In this document: positions 55,453 to 64,000 of the stretch, in pieces | Layout of the letters: each line of letters starts with the position of its first letter | How positions within the stretch are numbered: the first letter of the stretch is position 1 | Notes under the pieces: generated by a model | Seen by the model: the letters and a program-made list of their open reading frames with translations, nothing else | Databases searched by the model: none | Told to the model about the DNA's origin: nothing | Origin: Chrysomallon squamiferum | Taxonomy: Eukaryota > Animalia > Mollusca | Assembly (NCBI GenBank): GCA_012295275.1 | Contig: CM022667.1 | Coordinates: forward strand, 17,112,001 to 17,176,000 | DNA: 64,000 bases | Direction: 5' to 3' | Made by a program: the position numbers and the translations under genes

Positions 55453-56703
55453 TTCTGAATCATGGCTTCTGAGCCTTTTATGTAATGGATGATGATAAGC
55501 CGTGGTAAACGTGCCGTGCGATGGCGCGTAATTTGTTTATCACTTATCAATTTGTTTACTGCGCCGTCACGTAGATCGAGGTGTTTCACAAGGGGCGTCC
55601 CACAGCGAAATGTTTCCGCGGGTTGCGCTATCTTAACAATTCGATCTTAAGAACTTTAAGAGCGAGAATTGGAATACCATTTCTCTCTCAGAGCATCACG
55701 TGATACAAGCAGACAGCTAATCGTGTTTATAAACTGCAAATTTTGTATCACACTGGGAGGGTAAAAAAAAAAAAGGAAAATTTTATATATATTATCTGAT
55801 GTAGGTAAATTTGATTAAAAACAAGAAGAAAAAATTGTTGGTTGACGTAATTGGAAATATGAGGGGATCAGAATTCCCCTTTGAAGTCTGAACTTGAAGA
55901 TATGGGTACCGTTTTATTTTGTATATCTTAAAATTTAGATTTTGGAGGTTTCCTTTTTCTTTTTTTCTTTCTTCTTCTTCTTCTTCTTCTTCTTCTTCTT
56001 CTTCTTCTTCTTCTTCTTCTTTATGGCCTGTAATTTGAAACAAATTATGTTATTTACTGCAATGGTGATAACAGTACAACTACCACTGTGACAAAAACAA
56101 CTACAGCAATATGTTCAGCTGTTACTGCTACTACTGTTGTTGCTATTGCCACCTCTATTACTACTGCTACAAATACCTCTGTCCACTGCTAATGTTGCCA
56201 AAACTAGTACCTATTACAATTACTATTGCTGTCATAATGAAATATGACAACAACAACAATAACAATGATGATGATGACAGTATGAAGAAGAAGACGACGA
56301 ATAACAACAAGAGCAAGCTAAAAACAACAACAAAGACAACAACAATAAGAACAATAACAGGAACAATGAAAAATATTGCAAAAAACAGGGAACAAAATCC
56401 AGCATGAATAGAGAAAAATACATTTCAGTAAAATCCATATCAATAACACTATATCACTTTTACAACATAATTATTCGACAGAATTAATTAAAAGTAAAAT
56501 TAATGGCTGAAATGCGAAGCGTTCTGGACACGGTAGAATGGACAACACCATTGTTCCTTGCTTTATATGGAAAAATATAGTTTATGCTAATAATAAATTA
56601 TCATTTGTTATTGTAGTGAATTTAAAATTTATATATTAAATGATTAAGAAAAATGAAATAATAATAAAATCTAAAATACAATAAAAACAATAACAATAGC
56701 AGA

Positions 56704-56787
<84 letters not shown>

Positions 56788-56834
56788 TAATAAATAAAAA
56801 TAAAATGTATGTACACTTCAAATACATGTATACA

Positions 56835-56872
<38 letters not shown>

Positions 56873-57737
56873 TGTGTTTGTGTGGGTGGGAAAGTGGGTG
56901 TGTTTGTGTGTATTTTGTTCATAAATCTATTTCAATCATGTAAATTATACAAGTAACGTTTGAATATGGATCCATATGTTCAATGTTTCACACACACACA
57001 CACACACACACACATTAGGAAAGAAATATATAGAGAAACAGAGAAAGACAAAATGGGAACCGGAAAAAAAATAATTAAATACACATCAATTAGAAAATCA
57101 GACATATAAAGATAAATAAATAAATAATAATAATAATACGACGACGACGACGACGACGAAGGAGAAGAAGAAGAAGAAGAAGAAGAAGAAGAAGAAGGAG
57201 AAGAAGGAAAACAAAAAGTTAAAGAACACGAACCAAGCCACAGTCTACATAGGAGTTAATGATATCACGGGGTGACACAAATATCAGTAACGAACTCCCG
57301 ATACGTCATCGCTACATATTGCAGATACACGTGTTTAATATGAACTAGAACGTACATGACAACTTTAAAAGAAAAATCCATAATCTAATTAATTACTAAC
57401 CGCTAAATAAATAACCAAACTCCAGAGCACTGACCCCCAAAGATAGAGATGCGAATAATTCTGTGCAATAGATGTCAGTTCTCGTTAACCATTTAATAAA
57501 GCCTTCTAATGGTCGTGGCCTGCGTAATTAATGCGAAAATGCAACCTTTTGTGTGTCTCCGGTCATTGTTTGGGCTCTGCGACATAAAGAGTCACGTTTT
57601 ACGTCGTTTGTTAACGTTTTATCAGTGCTTTGTAACGACAGCCGCTGTATGAAATATAATTTAAAGTGAAAATGCAGAGCGGCTGTGATAAATAATGTCT
57701 GCCTGCTAAAACAGAACGGCAGACAACAATGCCGGAT

Positions 57738-57808
<71 letters not shown>

Positions 57809-58792
57809 GTAAAAAATGAAAAAAATGAAATATAAAATAAATAATAATAATACAAAAAGTAATAAGGTATTTTTTCTTCTGTCGTCCCATTTTTGTATTC
57901 TGAAGCTGAAAGTGCAGTTAAAAATATACTGATGCTGATGCAGATATTGTTGTACACACGACAACAGCTACAACTACGTTGTTAGTAATGTTACTAACAC
58001 AAGTATTTAACAACAAAAAAAACACACACTTCTACAACTACTATGACTATCCTGTTATATTCTTGTATATTCTGTATAAGCAAGAACAAACAAAAACAAC
58101 AACAACAACAACTACTACTACTACTACTACACTACTAACATTCGTTGCTAGTAACCTATGGTTACTTCTGATGTTACTTTCGCTACTATAACTGCGGTTA
58201 CTACTACTGCTTCTGCAAGTACTAGTATAGCTATCTACTAGTACTGCTACTAAGCTAATACTATCTATCAATCGACAAATCTATTACTTGCTCTCAGTAG
58301 AAGACTAGTTTTCAGAATATTTGAACATTACGTAATAGCCTCTATGCAGTTACATATAACACGAAAACCAGACAACATATTTATCACTTCTTGTACCCTA
58401 TCCTGTATTCCCACTTTTATCTCTGGCCATCTGAAACGAACACTGATCTACACATTAAGATTAAAATTCCGATAAAGGAACACTTTGAAGTTTTACCAAG
58501 ATAAGCTTCATAAATACTTCATTAATTGTAGGCGTTGGACATATTTGAATCACTGAACTGAATAAAGGCACGCTGATCTTTAGTTTCGTATTAGATTTTT
58601 CTTTAATACTGAACACTATCTAAAAAGAAATATGTATTATATTATTTAATTGTTCTAGTCCCAGATCTAAGGAAGGTACATGGAGAATAACACCATTACA
58701 CTACGCTTTAAAAGTTGTAACCATTTTGTTGTCTTTTAGAGTTATTGATATTATTAACTAATTATACTTATTCATTGTATATACTGATGTCG

Positions 58793-58835
<43 letters not shown>

Positions 58836-59351
58836 CATTATCATTATCATCATTATTATTCATTTATTTATTAACTTAACTTTTATTTTAGGATCTGTCA
58901 TATTTCTTTTGCTACTGCTGACTAGCTTAACAAACACAGATTCAATATATTTAAATACAAAACTTTAAACGTGTTGTTTCGTGAAACGCCAACTGACTAG
59001 ATATGCACACAGTATTACCACTCTGAGTCAGCATTCTATCCAGTCTACTTGAAAACAGACGTTATTCTTCAGTAGTAATGTTTTTAATAACCTTAAAGGT
59101 TATAATTATTTTATGTTACGATAAGACGCATCACTTTCAAGCGTATCATCATCTTGTTTTGTTTAAATATCAAAACACGTCTTCACGTGCTTTAGCTGGA
59201 AGCAAGTTAGAATTAACAAGCCAATTTTTGATTAAAGAGCTTTCTTGTTTAATTAGTTAATTAATTAATTAATTTACATTCATCTTCATCAATTTAAAGG
59301 AAATAATTTCGGAAAATAGAGACCTAGCAGTAATAACACTGAAAGCAAACA

Positions 59352-59386
<35 letters not shown>

Positions 59387-60000
59387 TAATAATAAAAACT
59401 TTCAAAGCTTAAACATTTTTATAAATAAATAAATATATAAAATAGAATTTCAAGAATAAAGTCTTTCAGATTATTTTATTTTTTATTTTATGTTATCAAA
59501 TTTATTTTAGACAGTGTTTTCAGTCGACATAATCTCTGGAACATCAAGAACTGACATCTGACAGATAAAATAAAAATGTTCCGATCTTCTCTTTCGAAAA
59601 CCATTTCGGACGGTTTCACAAACACGTCGGCTCAGACAAGCGTCACTCCACGTCCTTTCCAGTTCTCTGACACGGCCTGACGGGGCTTTTTGTATTCTGT
59701 CGTCCGGCTGTCTCCGAAGTCGGCGGCCAGTAACGAAATCCACCGACAGCTGCTGATCGTCCCTCTTCGGAATGGAAAGGAGAGGTGGGGGTCTTGTTAC
59801 GTGTCATGTCGAATGGTCAGCGAGAAGAAAGAGACGAAACAAGAGATGAAAGGAAGAATGGACGGTCCTGCTGGTTTTCTGTCAATCATCAGCTAGATTG
59901 TTTACTTTTAAACCTCCTCTTGTTCTTAGTAGGCGTGGTTGGTATCATTTCACTTCCCTGCACACCATTACCTTCCGTAAATGTTTTGTATCTGATTAAT

Positions 60001-60003
<3 letters not shown>

Positions 60004-60070
<67 letters not shown>
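60004..60070. repeat. (CT)n microsatellite
   Basis: Pure CT run. Confidence 0.98.
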
Positions 60071-60072
<2 letters not shown>

Positions 60073-61100
60073 CCCAGTTATGACCACGTGTCTTGGTCAT
60101 AACTTAACTTGTTCCAGTTGCAGGTAAGAATATATTTGGTCATAATAATGATATCTAACTCATTATTGTGTTGTCTTATTCAATGGCTTTTTCTAGTAAT
60201 TGTAAAGAGAATCGAATCCTAGTTTAAGCTGCCATCCATTAGTTAAATGGGACCACACAAAGCTCCTGGATTACGTAACAAGGAGAAATTCTTGAACCTT
60301 CTTATGGCTGCAGATTTGAGATACTTTTTTTGACTTTAATAATGGTCGTATTAACTAAAATGATGGCACTCAAAAAGAACAAAAGTTAAAGACGGGAACA
60401 TCAAGATTAACAGAGCACAATATATGAGAAAAATAGCAGCTATATTCGTAACACTTTTACTTTTCCCAGACTGTCAGCCTAGTTTCCTATTTGGTAAGAT
60501 CCACGGGAGGTACATCTGAGCACTTCAGTAATTTCTATAGAATATAGTCTTCTGGGTAATAAATGGCGTAACCATTAGCGCACAATTTACCAAAATGTAT
60601 CGCTAAAGCGAGTAATCAATTATTATGCATTCGTCAATTTCCGTTATTGTTCGACATGCGATAAAGCCCGGATGTCGGACGTTTTCACTAATGCTTTCCT
60701 GACAGGCAGAAACACGGCTGTCAGTTAAATTCCGCCTTTTGATGTTGCTTTTCCGCTCTTGGCCCTATTTAGTGGTCCTGTCCACCTTTTGCTGTCACCC
60801 GGTGTCACACAGTGGACACGAGGTATGCAAATAACCCGGATGTTAAATGTCCTGTTTTGCTGTCACGTGGCACGCAATCTGATTTGCCTTCCCTAGGCAA
60901 TGATATTCATCCATACTGGGTTACACAATAATTACTCTCTGACTTATGATGATAGTGTTGGTGAAAATAATGATGATGATGAATAGCATTATGATAATCA
61001 GGCTAATCACACTGCTGATAATCCTGACAAACATCATGGCGTTCATAATAAAATAAAATAAAACAGAATAAAAAAAATAAAAATAAAAAATAATAATAAT

Positions 61101-61131
<31 letters not shown>

Positions 61132-62439
61132 ATAAAATTCAGTGTAATAAAACAATTTTAAAACAAATCATTGAATGACCTAGCGAATCAACGACTGAAT
61201 GAAAAATTTAACTTTTAATAATTAATCATTCTCCTGAATCGCAGGGATTATCAGATTTCATGTGATAGAAATTTTAAAATAAAAAATTAATAATAATAAA
61301 AATAAGGAAACAAAACGTAGCATGTATGGATTATAAAAGCAGTGAAATGAAATAAACGACGGTGTGGATGAAAGTCCATCCATCTAGTTTAGGAAATGTA
61401 CACACGCCTACCAATAACAGAAAGGCTAATATAGTCTTCGCCTTGTCGAAAATCACTATGTCTGATGCACAATTAAACGGTGTAAAGTTTAATTTATTCC
61501 CTGTGAAATTTTTCATTAGTATTGGGTAGCACGTAACTCTTTTTATTATCGGGAAACTTGCCAGCTTTGAATGACTTCATTAAATTCCGCTCAACTACCG
61601 CAGTGCCAGGCGATGCGTGCACGATAATTCATTCAGGTCGCTATTATATTCGGCAAACCATCTGTTGATTTTTGTTCGGAGAAGAGTTCTCACAAGGGAG
61701 ATAATATTTCATAATGTCAGTCACGGTTGGTATATTATTCTTGACTCGTGCAGGGTGCGCGGGGCTGGTAACGTTCACTGTGAAAAGCGCTGTTACGTGA
61801 AGCGGATTGACGTTTTTATTCGCTATTAAAAACAAAAGAAAACAAAAGAAAAAAAATTTAAAAAAAGGAATAAGGAAAAAAGAAATGTTTCAAAGCGGTG
61901 TTCATCTCATAAAGGATCGTCCAAAAAAAATTAAAAAAAAAAAGAAAGAAAGAAAGAAGAAAAGGATACATTTTTAGTATCTGTAAATTATGCGTATCTC
62001 TATCAAAAAACAAAACAAGGGAAAAAAAGAAAAAAAAAAAAGAAAAAAAAGCAGAACAAGATTTTGTTTAGTTGCAGATTATATTTATGTATTTGTCTAC
62101 TTCTTCTAGTGCAACCACTACTGATTTAATTACTATTGAAACTACTATCACAAGTTCTACTACTAGTACTCTAGTTCCATATTACTATTACTACTACGAC
62201 TGCTACTGCTCTTGCTACTGCTACCGCTACTATTAAAACTAATACAGTAGTACTACTATTGCTTCTGTTCTTGTTCTGCTACTGCTCCTCCTGTTACTAC
62301 TGTTACTACTACTATCACTACAGCCACCACTTCTACTATGACTTCAGGTTACTAGTATTAAAATGGTTCCTGACAGCAGTACTTAAGGAATAGTAGTTGT
62401 TGTTACTGAAAATGCTGCTAATGTTTATGAACTTCCTTC

Positions 62440-62548
<109 letters not shown>

Positions 62549-63663
62549 ACCTTTTAAAAAAAAAAAAATTATTGATTAATATAACCAGACGAATTGATGT
62601 CGCTCAAGCGAAACCCTTTTCGTAAAATAAAAACCTTCATAATTTATATCACGTACAAGTTTAATACCAGCTGAATGGTAAAATATCAAATTGTGTGATG
62701 TCAAAAGGATGAGAAGTGACAGAGAGACAGGCTTGATGAATTACTATTAAATTAATACACAGGTCTCGCCACACACATTCGCTACGACTCGAAATCCTGT
62801 TGCCTATTCAGCGTTGACAAAAACCTCACGACAACGGCGACAACAATCGCGCCACAGCATCCATCCACAGTCGAGTTGTTTCGCGCCCTGATCGCCGTGT
62901 CGTCATGTCACATCTACGCCATAATGTTTATAAAGCGGCCTTCACACTGGGCGATTTTCCGTAACAGCTTGCTGCAACTGAATGAAAGAATGAACGTTTG
63001 TTTAATGACATGTATCGTTATTAACGATTATTAATTTGGCATTGGATGTAATACTTTTTTGTAGTTTACGTACAATAATGACACTGAGCCGTTAAAGACT
63101 ATGACGTCACAGAATAAGTTACTGTTACCAAAACTAAACAATAACAGATTTTTCAATTTACACCTTGCCATGGAAAGGGAAGGACAAATTATAAGCGTTG
63201 ACAAACCATTTCTTGAACTCTGACTGGAAAAGGATGTGGACTAATCAGCAGCTTTAATAACACAACTTGTAGCAAGACCGTTTTCTTCTGAAAAAAATTA
63301 AAATTTCTAAATATAAATAAATAAATAAATAAAAAATAAGCATGGATAAGAAATTTGGTTAAACCAATAGAATTTTTATAATGATGACGACAAGAAAAAC
63401 AGCTGTAATAATGATAATGATAATATAGATAATTCGATTTGATATCCAACAAGTGAGATTATCTAAAGCTACAAATTGATGCAATGCGTTGCTTAGTAAG
63501 ATCGCACCAATATAAATATGTGTGTTCCGACATCATCCTTTGTTATCGTAATCTGACCTCATTAATTCTACACTCCTCCCCCGAAGAAACGAAACTCAAC
63601 ACTCCTGAAGTTCTCATTTGATGTTCTCTTGAAGTTTTCTTCTTTCTTCTTTTCTTTCCTCCG

Positions 63664-63710
<47 letters not shown>

Positions 63711-64000
63711 TTGATAGCACGTGCACGTTTATGGTGAGTGAGAGTGTAGGGGTCCTGTGTGAAGATGTAAAAGATAAATTTAATATTTAGATTTTTAGGT
63801 GGAGTTTTTTTAGTTATTTTTTTTTTCCTTTTTTAATTTTTTGCCCCGAGGCATAAATACGCTTCAATATAATGCAGGGTAATTGTAATATAACTGTGTA
63901 AAGGAGTGGTGTACTTATTCATCTATGACACACAGTCTTCATTACTGTCTCATCATCGTCGTCGTCATCATCATCATTATGATCATCAATGTGTTTTCTG

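Noticed and set aside
58994-59016. miR-279-like TGACTAGAT; also 9-10 nt matches to miR-184 (about 15014), miR-71 (about 54773), miR-263/183 (about 52266) and miR-750 (about 58661)
   Set aside because: Matches stop after 9-10 nt and I see no complementary hairpin arm.
60251-60259. Gli variant GACCACACA (also 32125-32133 on the minus strand)
   Set aside because: Only 8/9 matches, and the flanks resemble SINE-tail sequence as I recall it, so it was not counted as independent evidence.

Overview
AT-rich, microsatellite-dense eukaryotic (animal) genomic DNA, most likely from an invertebrate bilaterian; a gastropod mollusc is my inference from the repeat content. Only one protein-coding gene is supportable: a forkhead gene on the minus strand with an uninterrupted CDS (27362-28708, 448 aa), whose domain is of the FoxL1 class and which carries an eh1 motif. 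About 27 kb downstream and 35 kb upstream contain no recognisable coding sequence. They consist of short CpG-containing, higher-complexity islands separated by simple-repeat spacers, which looks like the regulatory gene desert of a developmental gene. The most notable signals are perfect Gli sites (GACCACCCA) in the FoxL1 promoter and about 10 kb downstream, three co-oriented CTCF-like motifs upstream (one a perfect consensus), a shared CRE-triad module at three distant places, a degenerate ~50-bp tandem array ending in an inverted core, an E-box-bearing 37-bp minisatellite, and decayed SINE-like fragments. All other ORFs in the track are simple-repeat translations or unsupported. I found no CRISPR array, RNA gene or transposase, and no clearly novel gene system. 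Motif calls are sequence matches only.
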